Assembly: GCA_030704615.1 (NCBI GenBank)
Contig: CM060734.1
Location: forward strand, 46,314,001 to 46,378,000
DNA from: Takakia lepidozioides
Lineage: Eukaryota; Plantae; Bryophyta
DNA: 64,000 nt
Direction: 5' to 3'
In this document: piece after piece, positions 21,675 through 36,936 of the stretch
How positions within the stretch are numbered: position 1 is the first letter of the stretch
Layout: each line of letters opens with the position of its first letter
Made by a program: the position numbers and the translations under genes
Notes under the pieces: generated by a model
What the model was told of the DNA's origin: nothing
The model's input: only the letters and a program-made list of their open reading frames with translations
Database searches by the model: none

Positions 21675-23827
21675 GTTTGCCTCTGGCGGTTTTTCCGTAT
21701 TATTATGATTTGCAATGTCTCCAAGTTTTTTTTCCCTTGGAGAATTTTATTACTATTTTCAACTAAAGGACTTAGCATTGTCTTCTTTCTTTAGAGACAA
21801 TTGTTATTTTCAGAATATTGACCTTCACCCTTCATTTTTATACATTGCTCGTACATCTGCAGTACAATATGTTATAGTACAATAAATTACAATTCTCTCC
21901 ACTTTTCCGTGTTTGGGTTTGACTGACTCTAAGCGTTGATAGCCCACCTTTCAGGCTTTGGTTTCAACTGTTCTCTCCTTGTAGCTTCTATTTTAGCTCT
22001 TGGCTCCTTTGTAGCTTCAGAATGTTTTGATACTTTATGTTGTGACCACGATGTCCCCAGCACATCTTTCCATTAGATTGTATGCAACCTGGCTGATAAA
22101 GTTATACATATATATATCAGAATTTTCATATGATTTACAGCAGCTTAACTTTTAGTTTAGTTTAAGAGATAAATTTATTTAATTATTTAATATTAGATTA
22201 ATCCTTATGACAACTTAGCCGCGGCAATCCGCCCTATAATATGCACATTGAAGCAAGGATTTCTAAAATGGCCGCTCTATTCTTTACAAATATTTGTGTA
22301 CACTAGAGGCAAGCTGCAAGGGGAGGAGGCTCTTATTTCCGCTAACTTCGATTGGCAAATTGATCATATCTCACATATCATAATCACATCAATGTATCAT
22401 CTATTATTTCTTAACCCCTAAGCACCCGGGAGCTGTTTTGGTGGCCGGCCACCCCCAAAATATGACCTAAGTATCCTTAGACCTAAGTATCATGGATGAG
22501 GCTGTATCTGGCAATGGAGATTCCCACAGAAATGAACCTTACTATTTAGCTACCTACTACATCAACCTTACTCACAAAATTTTGGAAGGATTGACAGTTA
22601 GAATTGGCAGGTTTATAGCAAAAATCCATGGTGGATTTTTCAACTCCACAGACAAATTGTTGAAAAAATGCAGTTTGACCAAGATGATTTGCTGACTACA
22701 TTTTGTCCTGAGGCACCCACTCCACATTCAGAAACCAAGGAGGGATACAGGTGAGGACCAAAATCTGAAAATTTCAAGTGGCTCCTTTGTATGTCCAATG
22801 AGGGGGGCGGTATAATGAAAATTCCGCCACTAAAAGATAGAAAGCTGCATGGAAGCTGGAATTTTTTTCGGGATGCAAATTCCTCTGGTGGAGTCCTCCA
22901 TTGCAAGAAGGTAGAGATGATGCAGCCAATGGTTCTCTGTAAATTCACTGGACGTTAAAGAAACTTTATCTTTTATCTTTTGTCTGTTCGCCGTTGAAGC
23001 CAATGGTTTTTGTTGACCTGCCTGGAGCAGCAGTGATTTCTACTTAACCCAATATGTAGACAAAGAAGCTACAGCCAGAGACACTGTGATTCTCTATCTA
23101 CAAAACCGTGCTGACGCTCTCCCTCTCTGTACTCTAGCCCACGCTTATACAACTCTGTATACATTCTTTTATAGTAAACTGCTCGGAAATTACATTTTAC
23201 TGGATTGTCATGTTCAAAACATACTGCATGCTCACTCACTGCATGATAACATGGCTAGGTGGCATAGGCCAAGGATCGTTGTGAGAGCTCTAGTATGAGA
23301 TGGTACAAACGCGTAATACTTGCTGGATGGAGAGCACCAGGCCTCCAAGCGGAATTTGGAAACGTGAGTACTCCACTCTAGTGCAGTGAGGTTCTAAGCG
23401 GAGAAGAAAGACGAGGTTTCGTCCAAGGTGGTCTGGACTCTGCCGGGTGCTGGACATGTATGTTCAATATTGATCCGCTCCCAACAGCTTCTGGATTGTT
23501 ATTTCCCTCTTACCTTGTACGTTCGGCATTGGGCAGCAAAGGCTTACAGCTTAAGGAAGTCACAACCGGACAAAGCTCTAGCTATATCGAGCAGCAGCTG
23601 AACTAAGTGTGTACAGCATGCTTGCAGGGACTATAAAGAGACATAAAACCCCTGCAGAAGTTGATGCGGCTCCAAGGTTGATCATATAATATATATGTTA
23701 GCAGTGCACTTACTGGGATAATTTCAAGATGTATCAAGGAACAGCTGATTAAGTGACAAGCAGCAGCTCAAGACGCTGGCTGACCTCTGAAAGGATTATT
23801 TGTTAAGGCACGTGTTCTATTTCCAGA

Positions 23828-26800
23828 ATGACAAGGAAATTGAAAAAATCAACGGATGACAATCCAAAGCTGGAGAGTAGTCGGCCTGACGACGTAGCAG
23901 TAGCTGTAGCTGCTGCTGCTGCAGTTCCTTTCTGGAAGCTATTTTCATATGCAGATTCGTTTGACTATGTGCTTATGGGTTTGGGAACCTTTGGAGCCAT
24001 TGGTCATGGGATGGTTGTACCAATCAACATGCTCGTGTTTGGGCGTATTTTGAATTCTTTGGGTACACACGGTCGGCAAGATCCACAACTCGCCAGTGTT
24101 AGTGTCGCAAAGGTTAGATCTCTTTTGACGGCATATGTTACAGCAACGCTTGATTTGTTTACATGTGTTGAGCTAGACAGGCTCAGTACTTCAAATATCT
24201 CCTTAGTCTTCCACCTTCTCAGTCACCAATAATATCCCTCAAGGATTCTAGGGAAAACAACATTCACAGCATGTGGAAAGATATCAGACCTGTATGTGAT
24301 GATTGACTCAACTTTATTCCGCGGATTAACTATCTCGAATGTTAGAGCAAGATCTAGTTCCTGGAGAGGCACTCCAATTGCAGTTTGAATCTTCATTTGC
24401 AAGACTTAGCGGCAAGCATTGAAAGTAATAAAGCTGACCAATGAAGCTGGGGTGGATACATGCAGCTAGCTTTGGTATTGATGTGTATTGCGTTGGCCGC
24501 GGCGTGCGTAGCTTGGATAGGTGCGATTCATCCCTCGTTATAGCATGCGCATAAACTGTAGCTCAACCTCGAAGCAGAAGTTGCATTGAAACTTGTCAAT
24601 AACAGATGGGGAACAGATGTGCTCAGGACTAACTAGTTAATCGAATCCAAGTGGAAACATATTGATTGTTGAACCAATATCTAGATCAAAACTTTGAACA
24701 TCGAGTTGTGGACCAATGTCAACGGTGTAAACCGACTTGGTGAGGTCGAGAATGCAAGCTAGGGTTAGAGAGGCACAGACAGTGGACGCAAAGTGTACTC
24801 CGTTTGACCAATCCGGTATTAGAAGCTCATGGATCCATCAGTGGTGCACCTGATCGTAGCTCGAAAATCAGGGCAGGCCTGATCTTAGAACACATATAAT
24901 CTGTGCAATATGGAAGGTCCAGTTGACAAAGTTTCCCTTCCGGTTTCTTTCCCAGTTCAATGGACGACTGAAGAGAGCAAATTTTCCAACTTCCTAAAGC
25001 TGATTAAACTAGTTTGTAACTCTTTCCATTCAGTGCGATAGTGATTCGTGTGTCTTGCTGGACATCATACAGAGGTGGCATGCTGGATGCTCACCGGAGA
25101 AAGGCAGTCAGCGCGCATCCGGGCTAAATACTTGCAAGCACTCCTTAACCAAGACATCACATACTATGACACAGCGGCCAGTACTGGTGAAATCGTAAAC
25201 CGGATCGCAGGCGATACTTTGCTGGTACATGAAGCCATGGGTGAAAAGGTAGGTTTGGCGCACATGAGAATTGTCCAGCATATGTGCACAGAAGTGATGT
25301 GACTGATCTGAGAGAGGGCTTAGATCGAGAGAAGTCAACTTGCTTACCACGGCCTGGGACACGTGGTATACTGAGAGAGATCACTTCTTCTTGTTCAATA
25401 AAGCTGCAGCTGGGTGCCTCGCCCCAAGGACAGGCATCTAGAATCTGCCAGATGTAGCTAGAGAGGATGAAGTTTGGGCCGACAGTGTAGGTAAGGCTTG
25501 TCTCTTAAGGTCTTAAGCCAAGCACGTACATACTAGAAGTTCAAAATTCACTTGTTCAAACATAGGGAAGACTTGGTGAATATAAGTTCAATGCATGCCA
25601 TATAGACTGGTAGATGATTTGAACATGGTATGAATCTGCAGGTAGGGGCCTATCAACACAGCATGACGGGTTTCATAGGTGGTATACTAGTAGGGCTATT
25701 CAACTGCTGGCAGCTGACGCTTCTATCCTTCGCCACTATACCCCTCATTGCTGGGGCCGGAGCTGTCTATACTAAACTGTATGTGAAGTACACTTCGAAG
25801 GCCCAAGTTAGCTATAGCCAAGCTGGGTCCATTGCTGAGCAGGTGCGTCAACAGTTCTGCAGATTATATAAAACATTTAGTGAAGTGTGGTGTGATAGAC
25901 AATAGTTGTGGACGGCTGAGTTCAAATTACACGATCCCAGGTCGCGTGCTGTTTGAAACTGATTGCAAGTTGATCAAGCTGATAATTCAAACATGATGAT
26001 GAAATCCATCTTTGGTTGTATCTGTGAACGTATTCAGCTAAATTCTGGAAAACTAAAGATAAATATTAAGTAATGTTCATGTGCACAATGAACAGACAAC
26101 AGTGTCACAGATCATGATTCCCACTCTTTCTGTCTTGCATAGGCCATGGCCCAAGTGAGAACAGTCTACTCATTTGTGGGAGAAATGAGGGTGGTCGCTG
26201 CTTTCTCGAAGATATTGCAACCGGCCACGAAGCTGTGTGTGAAGGCATCTCTGGTAAAAGGTATAGGTTTGGGTATAACACTTGGGATTATCAATGGTTC
26301 ATGGGCACTCCAGCTTTGGTATGGCGGCATTTTGGTTGCTGGAGGGAAGACCAACGGAGGCAAAATCCTCACCACTGTGTTCTGTGTGGTCTTGGGGGGC
26401 ATGTGAGAATCATAACTCAATATTTCTAGACGTATGTACATTGTCTGTTGAATCTGGTGACAGCTAAGCTTCCCTCTGTTTGTGTCAACTTAAGGATTCT
26501 TGTAGAGTGGAACCCAGTTTACTTGATCTTCCCAATCGAGCTAGGTAGAGAGTCTGGCTCAGTCTCGGCCAATAATTTATCGAGCCTGATGCTCTGTGAA
26601 GTTTGAACCCCCCAGCGGGCGTCATTAATTGCTTGTTGTAGCATCTCTACTCTTTCCAGACTCTCCCTACCACATCGTGGCCTAAATGTCTACATACCTT
26701 ATTCTCACGAGTTTACACTCATATCCCTTGGACTAATCAAGTAATTATACTACCCACAGTGCGCTTGGAACGGCTGCTCCCGACCTTGAAAGATTTGCAA

Positions 26801-29800
26801 GAGGCCGAATAGCAGCATTCCCAATTTTTGAGATGATTGAGCGCCAGTCTACCATCGATGTCCGCAACGTGGAAGGTGATATACCAGCGGGGCAGTTCAA
26901 AGGAGCCATCGAACTCGTTGACGTTCGCTTCAGTTATCCCTCCCGTCCAAATGTGCCCATATTCACTGGGCTATCTCTCACAATTCCAGCAGGAGAATCA
27001 TTGGCCCTGGTTGGCTGCAGTGGGTCGGGGAAGAGCACCATCGTCTCCCTAATTGAGCGCTTCTACGACCCAATTTCAGGTACTCAAAAGCAGAATCTCT
27101 GTTGTACTAAATTTCATCAACGCTTGTGCTTGAACAATCTGTGTGTGGGTTTTACATAAAAAAGTTACACAAGAACAATTGTGAGCATCATATAGCTGAG
27201 CTTTGAAGGCAAAAGTTTATTCAACTGTTCCCAACAAAACTGGATATCACGTGAATCTGTGCGCAGGGGAAGTGCGAGTCGATGGACGGAACATCAAGAC
27301 ACTGCAGTTAAAATGGCTTCGATCCAGAATAGGCCTGGTAGGGCAAGAGCCTGTCCTATTCGCCACTACTATCCGAGAGAATATTTTGTATGGCCGCAGC
27401 GACGCGAGCGATATGGACATCAAGGCGGCAGCCATAGCTTCCAATGCCCACTCCTTTATCACAAAACTTCCTCAAGGCTATGATACCCAGGTGAAGTGGG
27501 TGCTGCAAGACATCCATCTTCTCGAATTCTTTCCCAGATTGACCAATCTCCAGCACTTTTCCAGATGTACTTGATTCGGTTTCGCATCAAATTTGCGTAA
27601 TGGTACTCCTGAGATTTTTGGAGGCCGCTGTCCCGTGGCCCCTTCCCTTGAAATTAAAACGATCTCTGGTACTGCAGAATCAAAGTTCTAGACTAAGATG
27701 TTGGGGCTCTGCACGCAGGTCGGGGCTAGAGGCACGCAACTGTCGGGGGGGCAGAAGCAGAGAGTGGCAATCGCTAGAGCGGTCCTGAAGTGTCCCACTA
27801 TTCTGTTGCTGGATGAAGCTACTAGCGCTCTCGATGCCGCATCAGAGCGTGTGGTCCAAGATGCGCTTGACAAGCTCATGGAGGCACTCCCTTTTCCTCC
27901 TTCACCGGGCATGATTTATGAATTTTCTTTGTGTACACATAATTTTATCCATTCCACAGGCGTAGACTGCTCCCCCTTGTTATAAATACTTATCTGATCT
28001 TTGAATGGAAAATGCAGGGCCGCACTACAGTGGTAGTCGCCCATCGTCTCTCTACCGTTCAGAAGGCCGATTCCATAGCTGTTTTCCAAAAGGGTCAAGT
28101 TGTGGAACGGGGCACCCACTCGGACCTTTTGCGGAATAGCGATGGAGTTTACACATCGCTCGTAAACTTGCAAGAGACTGCCAAGAAGGAGGAGCCTGAA
28201 AACCAGGATTGGTAACTTCACTTCGCATCATGATCTGGACGTCTACATGCATGACTTCTCTTTGTAACACTGTCAACTGTTGAGTTTGATATTCCTTCCA
28301 GTTGACAATTGCACAATCTGGACCATAAGTGATCCATATGTATGGACCAACCTATATAATGCTCTGTTGGACATGGCAGGCCCACCCTCAGCTCAGCGAT
28401 TTCCGCATCTCCTGCCTGGCAAAGCACTACCGTCTACAATAGCTTAGCAGCCTCACCGCTGCCCACATGGAGATGGTTGCCAGAATCTCCAATCTACATC
28501 AGTCTAGCCTTTTCGCCCCCACCAGCTGAACGAACTTCAGTGAACCAAATTGTCATGGAAGCCCCGGAAAAGTCCTTCATAGCAAGTCCCCAGAGGAAGA
28601 GACTGACCTGGGACCTCCGCACACTGGGGATCCCTGATTGTCTTTCCTTGTTATTAGGAAGCTTGGCAGCGACAATCACAGGATGTATTAATCCTCTCTT
28701 TGCCCTTTTCATGATTGAAGTTGCGTCTTCCTATTACATACCGGGCTCGAGCAGCAAGATCAATAGTTATTGTCTGATTATCGCTTGCTTGGGCGTCACT
28801 AATTTGACAACAAACACCCTTCAACACTACCAATTTGGAAAGACTGCCGAAAGGATCAGCAGCCGGATGAGAGAGATGACATTCAAAGGTGATTGCCCAC
28901 CCTAAACCCATTCATGAGAATAGCGGCCGATCGCTCTTGAACGGACATTTGGATCTAGATCGCTTTAAGGAAAACGACGGGCACCAGTTGGTATATACAT
29001 GTACTAGTTACAAAGAATACCACCACTTGATGCACAACGTTTCCTGATCCAAGGAATGAAAAGTTTCGCCTCCTGAAGGTTAAGATCCCGATTTATTGAA
29101 GTTGTGTCTGTGCGGGTTGCAGCAATCATGAGAAGTGAAGTGGGATGGTTTGATCTGGAGGAAAATGCGAGTTCAGCAGTCACTGGAAGATTAGCGTCAG
29201 GGGCTACAAAGGTTCGGAGTTCTTTGAGTGACCGAGCATCCCTGCTGCTTCAGTACATATCTTCGATGTCCCTCGCGATCATACTGTCATTTACAATAGA
29301 ATGGCGCATGGCACTTCTCACAGTTGCAACCTTCCCCTTTGCCATTTTCGGGGGATCTATGAAGGTGAGAACTTTGTGTTTTCTTTTCAGCATATATCGT
29401 GATCTTACAGCAATCAGATGTCATCTCGCCGTATCATGAACATAGGTCCCACATCCTCCTCTCTCTTATGATTCTATGGTGGGCCCACTGTACATTGGTC
29501 AGTATTGGACAGTTGATTTAGTCTGTACCTCTGTAATAGTCCGAGGTCAGGTATACTCACCTCTTGTACAAAATGGCAGCAAGGATTCTTTCAGCGGGGC
29601 TTCTCGGGAAACCTCCAAAAATCACATGAAAACGCTACCAATCTGGCTGGTGAAGCAGTATCCAACATACGCACAGTCGCATCATTTGGTGCTGAGGAAA
29701 AGATACTGGCGCTCTTCAACAAGCACTTGGAAGAACCTCTGAGGAAAATTAAGAGCAACGCTGTAACCGGGGGGCTCATGTTTGGCCTGTCACAAGCCGC

Positions 29801-31707
29801 ACTCCACTTGGCCAATGCACTAGGCCTATGGTGCGTTTGTAACTTCTCGGACTCAAGATTCGCCCTGTCATTCTTTTGATGACCTCTCTTTGAATCAGTC
29901 AGTTGAGGTATACAGTGTTTTGACCAGTCCCTCTCAAGCCGCCTCCTGTCGACTAATTAATAGACTCTTAAGTCATGTCTTCCTCTACTCCATTCAGTCC
30001 TACTCAGGGTCTATAGGGACACCAGGTTTACTGCTTACCACTGTAACAGGTTATCTCGCTCTAGATTTGTGAAGTACTCGAAATTGTTCTTTCACTGACC
30101 AAAGTGCACGAAATTACCATGCATCTAGGTACATCTCCGTGCTAGTAAGCCATGGGCGGGTCCCTTACATAAAAGCACTCAAGGTGTTCCAAATCCTGGC
30201 AATGAGTGGCTTTGCTCTTGGAGAAGCACTCAATCTCATCCCTGACATAAGAGACGGCTTGAACGCTGCCACCTCTCTCTTGCAAATGATAGATCGAAAG
30301 ACAGAGATGGATCCTGACGACCCCAAGGTAAGCTCTACGTGCCATGCTTACTGTATTGAAAGTGCTTAGTGGGTCCGAGAGAGGTTCAAGTGGACCGCCC
30401 AGTTGTGTTGCGGATCACAATCAAGTTCGAAAGTAACTTGCTACAAATGACATCATACTAGAAAGCATCGTACGTACCAGTGCTGTCAAGGCCATCACTG
30501 CTAGACTGAGTGCCATGCATTTTTGTGACTGACGTTTTCCAATGTCACCTTTGTTCACATGATGACGATTTCCAAAGGTTTGCCTGAAACTAGTCAAGGG
30601 CCAGTTGGAGCTTTGTAACCTCGTGTTCCGATATCCATCCCGTCCAAATGTATTAGTGCTCGACAACTTCAAGCTGAAGGTGAAGGCGGGGACAACTGTA
30701 GCTTTGGTAGGATCAAGTGGATCGGGGAAAAGCTCAATTATCTCTCTGATTGAGAGATTTTATGACCCAATTTCCGGAAAGATTCTACTGGATGGTCGTG
30801 ATATACGGAGCCTGAATCTAAGGTGGCTACGCCAGCAGATAGGCCTCGTGCAACAAGAACCAGCGCTTTTTGGAGGTTCAATCAAAAGCAACATTTTGTA
30901 TGGAAAGGACGAGGCAGGAGAGAGTGAAGTGATGGAGGCTGCCATAGCTGCCAATGCCCACACTTTTATCAGCAACCTTCCAAACGGGTATGAGCACACT
31001 CAATCACAATCTCGTGATGTGTCTTACAGATGTGGATAAAGACACAGAAAGAGAGAGTCCTTTACAAATTGGTTGCATAAGATCTAGTGCTGTCTTGCAG
31101 ATACATGAAAACTGTGTGATCATCAGGAGCATTGCACTAATTTGGTCCTACATCAAAACCAGAATCTCAGGAGCACGCATGAGTTGTTTTCTTCTCGTTT
31201 GTTGAAAGATGGTTGGGACTTGCAAACCCTTGTCCAGATACGACACGCAAGTAGGGGAACGCGGCCTGCAGCTGTCAGGGGGCCAAAAACAGCGGATCGC
31301 CATAGCCAGGGCTGTCCTGAAAGACCCCGCCATCCTCCTCTTGGATGAGGCCACCAGCGCCCTTGATGCAGAATCTGAGCGCACTGTCCAGGTAACATTA
31401 CGGATCCATGAATGCATGGCTTCCAGATTCAATTTAAGTGAGAATTGCTATGTGAATACTTCGTACCTCGTACTCTCTGCAATTTGATATACTCTCTGTG
31501 GATATGCATGGTGCATTCATGCAGGCGGCGTTAAATACGATCATGCAAGGGACCCGAACAACAGTGGTTGTAGCCCACAGACTATCCACCATACAAAATG
31601 CGGATGTGATTGCTGTAGTAAACAGTGGGAGAGTTGTAGAACAAGGAAGCCACAGGGAGTTAATGGCAGCAGGGGGCGCCTATGCCCAATTAGTGCAGCT
31701 CCAATGA
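23828..31707 (+). CDS. ABCB: Full-size ABC transporter subfamily B (MDR/P-glycoprotein), ~16 exons
   Basis: TMD1 ([14 protein letters not shown]; [17 protein letters not shown]), NBD1 (GCSGSGKS; [14 protein letters not shown]; [11 protein letters not shown]), TMD2, NBD2 (GSSGSGKS; [14 protein letters not shown]; [11 protein letters not shown]; VAHRLSTI), stop at 31707. Confidence 0.95.
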
Positions 31708-32846
31708 CTCGGAGCAGGCTAACTTAGACTTCGCACAGTGGAACTCATTATCAAGGGATTCAGCTCAAGCTTCACCACCGTTGTGGTTCATCGGGGTTAG
31801 GAGCACTCACCTTTACAGCGCTGCTAACCTTCCCCTTGATTCAAGTTCTATGAGCCCGCAAATGTACACTGAGAACTTCGTCTTTACCCTCTTCTTTAGA
31901 GCATCCCACTGCAAAGCAATTCGAAGCACCCATCTTACTCAATTTGCTCATTTTACTATTTCATGGTTTGAATCAATCGTTGGGAAAGAGTGACCTGCCT
32001 GGCTACACAAACAGCTTTCCAACTGCCAGCTGCCACATCCTCGATCAACATCTGCATTGTGAAGAAAGCATCACTCGACGGATGCATTATAATAAACGTT
32101 TTGGCATCAAGATTGTGATCAAGAGTTTTTCTTTCTGAAGCTAAATGTGGAGTTTTCCATCATCCTCATGTTGGAGAGAGGAACTTTATTTGTCACACTT
32201 ATGGCGTCCTTGAAGAAAAATTAAGAGGACACACCAACCAGGCCAACCACACTCAATTACTAGAGATGCTCTTCGGAGAGCCTCATGCAGATATGCCAAA
32301 ATCCTCTGACCTTCATGATGGAAAGTCGGAACCCGGCAGTTGGCTCCTTAAAAAGACCAGCAGGACCCTCTAATTCGTGAGTACAACGAAAGAAGTGATG
32401 CTTCGTCACAAATCTCCAGCCAGCCATGTTTAGTGCATATGTTATGTCTGAGGCAGCTTGCCCCATCTGTAATCTCAGTCCTGACACTTGAAATCCCACC
32501 ATGAATCCCCCCAAAGCCCCACAGAAGGAGAGAACAAACTACTGAAGTGTTATGGGAAGAAAGAAGAAATGAAAGAAATGTACTACCATGGGAACCTCGA
32601 AAGCTCATGGCACAAAGGAAAATAGGAAAAAGACAGAAGTGGGGTCTTCAAAAACAACTCCCGATCATCCAAATATGATCTGGGGTGCTTTCCCCATTCC
32701 TCAATAACAAATACAAAGAAGACAAGAAAAACTTAACATACTCATCCGCTGACTTATTTTAGTGAGCAAAGGGGTGAAGACAGGAAGCTCATCTATATGT
32801 TTCACAACTGCATTTGGTACCCTATGTACCAGTGCAAAGAACTGAT

Positions 32847-35800
32847 TTACTGTGGGTTTGGTGGCCGGGCATTGGCTGTTGACACCCGAGATCCCCACTC
32901 AAGAAGTTCCTTGCTGGTATCATCCTTGTGGAGAAGCACCTCTATGAAGCAGAAAGTATCTTCCTTACTGTTTGCTGTTGCTATCGCTTCGACAAGCTCT
33001 TCCTCTGTCTTGACCTGTGAGACCAAATCAAGAAACATGAGTTGGTTCATATCCATCGCAAAATCAAGAAGAACTTTGGTAACGTTCTTCTTGGCCCAAT
33101 TGAGAACAAATCTTCGAGGATGCACAGTGGCTTTTATTGGACTCTGCAAAGGATATATAGATGATCATGTGATTGGGCTACAAGGCAAAGCTACTCAGCA
33201 GGCTGATGCTACATTTTAAAATTTAATGCTCTTACCTTGGAAGTCCAACATTTTCCTTCGCCATTCCAGAAAGCCTCCACAAGTCCTGTGTAGTTCCAGT
33301 TTTTAATAACATTGTAGGGGCCATCATGTATCTCAACTTCAATTGTGTAGCCCCCGTTGTTGAGAAGGAAAATAATGCTCTTCTGACCATAACGAATCAT
33401 CGTGGAGATATCTTGTGCTGTCACCTAGTACCACCATGCCACTCCAAGCTTAGACTTTTGTGGAGAAAAATGTGGACTTAATGCAAAGTATGAAACTAAA
33501 ACCCTATCATGTATGCATAACTTCGATTACAGGATGACTTGATAGATCTTGTAAGGGCTGGCATTGACAAAATAGTATACAGCATGATGGTTTATGGGGT
33601 TTCCACCACCTAAGTACAAAACTGACAGATTACATAAGGGTCGATTTAAGCAAATTGCCATTTAAATTAATTTATTTAATAAATTGCCATAGCTCTCGTG
33701 CGCAACTTCACATAAGGGTTGACTTTGGTGGTACGGGGCCTGGCTTTGAGATCACCACCACAACATTGCTAAATGTAGACCTTTGCTTACCAGGGACAGA
33801 AGATGTGGCTGTTGTTTAACTGCATGTCAGAATATGGCACAGTACTCCTGAGCCTTAGCTTTGCCAAACCCTTGAGACCAGAGATTCGATGCAAAGCAGA
33901 AAGGCAAAAGTATGACAAAAAAAAGAGGCAGTAGCATCCTGAAGGTATGCCGCAGTGGGTGAAGAGCATGTAGGAGAGAGACCGGGGTTTTTTGTAGTAC
34001 CATGCCACCAGGGGGTTGAGCTATATGACACTGGTAAGGTACCAAATTTAGAATCTTCCTAAATCCTCAAGGGTCACAATTGTGGTTGCAGGACATCTGT
34101 GGAGATCAAGCTCAAATGCATCATTTTTGGCTGCAGGAGAGCTTTGTTAGGGTTATATCCCCATGATTGATGGCTCAGGGCTATCTCCTCTGTGAGATGA
34201 CAAAGCATCTCTTAGTACGTTGTCCTCTAGCAAATCCTTGCTATTAAAATAAGCTTCCTTGGAGCAGACTTACCTGAAAACTACCATCACCAATGCATGC
34301 GATTACACGCTTATCTTTGGCACCTTGTGCACAGCCCAATGTAGCGCCCACCGCCCACCCAATTGACCCATACTGCATCTGAAATTCAAATCTGCCATGA
34401 CCAATTCATGACGATCATTTAAATATCAGTGTAGGAACTTGGTGACAAAGAGTAATTTGCATTGCTTCTCAGTCACCTATAACAAAACAATGGTCATCCA
34501 GAAAGCTGGTACCTTCTGAAGGAGACAAGCAGAACATGCATTTTGTCACATATAGACATGCAGCCATCTGCACACATTTACGAAGAGCGTTGGGGGCCAC
34601 AGGATGCACTTTGGATCTGCCCTCTAGGAGTTGACATAACATACTTTCAGTGCAAGGCTGCAGGGGGGTACTAACCCTCCGAACATGCCAGTCATGGAAC
34701 TTTGACCTACCAGACCATAAAACTAAGCCGGAGATGGCAATAGCAAGCCCAGAAAACAGTGATTCCGTTGAAGGACATTTGGTAGAGAACAACACGAGGC
34801 CTCCACCTAGCCCATATATGACAGCTGCCTATGTGACAAAAAAAGAAAGAAAGGAAAACTGCATCACATCCAAAGGGGGGCAATGAAAATGACAGTAAAC
34901 TTACCCACATCCCTCAGGCAGATGCAGCTTCTGACAGTTGAACCAGGAATCTCCAGTCTCAGCAAGTACCAACGTGTCTTTTGACAACATGTCCTATAAG
35001 CGACAATTGCTCCATAAGTAAGCATCTTAGTGACATAGAATCATACAATCTATACATGATGTGCTCCTATTCACTTGTTCAAGCCACAGATAATACCAAT
35101 GCAAACCTGAAGAACACTCAATTCTATTGTACCAGAATGCAGTTCATTTTATATTAACTGTCATTGAACCAAACGTTTACACCAGACAAACCTGAATATG
35201 CTTGAAAAGAGACACCACTCTTAGGGGCTCCCCTTGAGTTTGCTTGGGAGGCAGACCATATGGAACATACATCCGGCAGTAAGCTTCATATGATGTTGTA
35301 TTCTTCTTCACTTTTTTGGCCAAGGCAGCCAGAAAATCCCTCATCAAAACACACCCAAATGACGGGCCGGCACCAACAGAAACTCGAAAAGGCTGCAAAA
35401 TAATTGATTTTTCTTTCCGGCAGAGAAGTGAATACCCAACAGAGCTGCCAAGGGTGATTGGACAAAACATACTTCCATTAGCATCCAATTGGGATTCAGT
35501 ACTGCTCAGAAAATTGAAAACTGGTACCCTGGCACAGCTAAGAAAAACCTGCAATTACCAAAATTGCAAATCAAACAGGATTTTTCACATCTGAAAATTT
35601 CTCGAAATGCTCTTCAGAGGCAACAACAGGACAATCTACCAGAAATATACCTGTAATCATTGAAAACGGGACCAGCAAACAGATATCCATCAGCTGACTC
35701 CGTAATCTCAGACACATATGGAGAGCTGACAGCACCCCAATAGGTTCCAATAAAGTTTGGGTGTGATTCTGGAAACTGGCCCTTTGCTGATGGCATCACT

Positions 35801-36900
35801 GCAACAGCATAGCCAGCCGCTGTGGCCAGATCAACAAACTGCTGCCCAGCTTTGGCCACCCGTAATTTGGGACCTGCAATGAGCACAGGTTTCACGCAGC
35901 CATTGAGAAAGGCTGCAACCGCTTCCACAGCTGCCTCGAGGCTTGCCTCGTTGCTCTTCTGATTGCCAATCCCATATAGACTGTAGCCAATCCATAATTT
36001 TCACCCACAGTTTTCATGCAAAATTACCAACAGAGAATAATGTTATGCATTGAGCGTACAGAGACCTATCTAGTATTCACCTATCCTTACCGTAAGAGTG
36101 GCATTTCATTTCCACTCACATTGACCAAATCTTAATGGTGCTGTTAATCGAAATAGACATAATTTGCACTAATGGTGCGTGGACTTGCTGGGGAGCCTAA
36201 ATTTCCACCCTCTCATGAAGTGTTTTATACTCAAATGTTCCGACAAGGCAATGAAATGAACAAGTAAGATTTCTGGTGCTCATGAGAGCATCAAATATCC
36301 ATGTATAGCGTATACAGGGATGCAAAGACGTACCACCTATACCACAGATCTACTCTATCTTGAATTTTCAGCTTGTAGGTTCAATCTTCAGCCTGGATAA
36401 AGACAGTGACAGGACATGAAAGAGACACAGCTGTCTGAAGGAGATTCCATTTGTACAGGCATCGATTCAGCTGAACCTGTCAAATCTAACTAACAAGAAA
36501 CCAGGTGATGAGCCAAAAATGACTTCTTAAGTTTACGCTGCCTGATGGTTGACCACAAAGTGGCCCAAATCAAGTTCATGTGCTTGACTTAACGAGCCAT
36601 AGAATCGGTCATTTCTAATGGGCAAGGAAGGGGTCGTACCTTTTGGGGTCCGGGGTCTGGGTCAGGGAATAGGGAACAGCATTGTTGCTGAAGGATGGGT
36701 GAGGAAGCGACGGCAGGTTGCAACTCACACTGATGTAAACAGGCTTGCTCTGAAAAATGGCTGTTGAAATGGCCTTGTCAATTAGCTCATGTGCGTCTTC
36801 CAAGGTTTGAATCACCACCTATGGTACAAGTCCAGCTTCACATGATTTGCAGTTTGAAATACAACTGGGTATGTGAACAGCACATAACAGCCCAGTCCGA

Positions 36901-36936
<36 letters not shown>

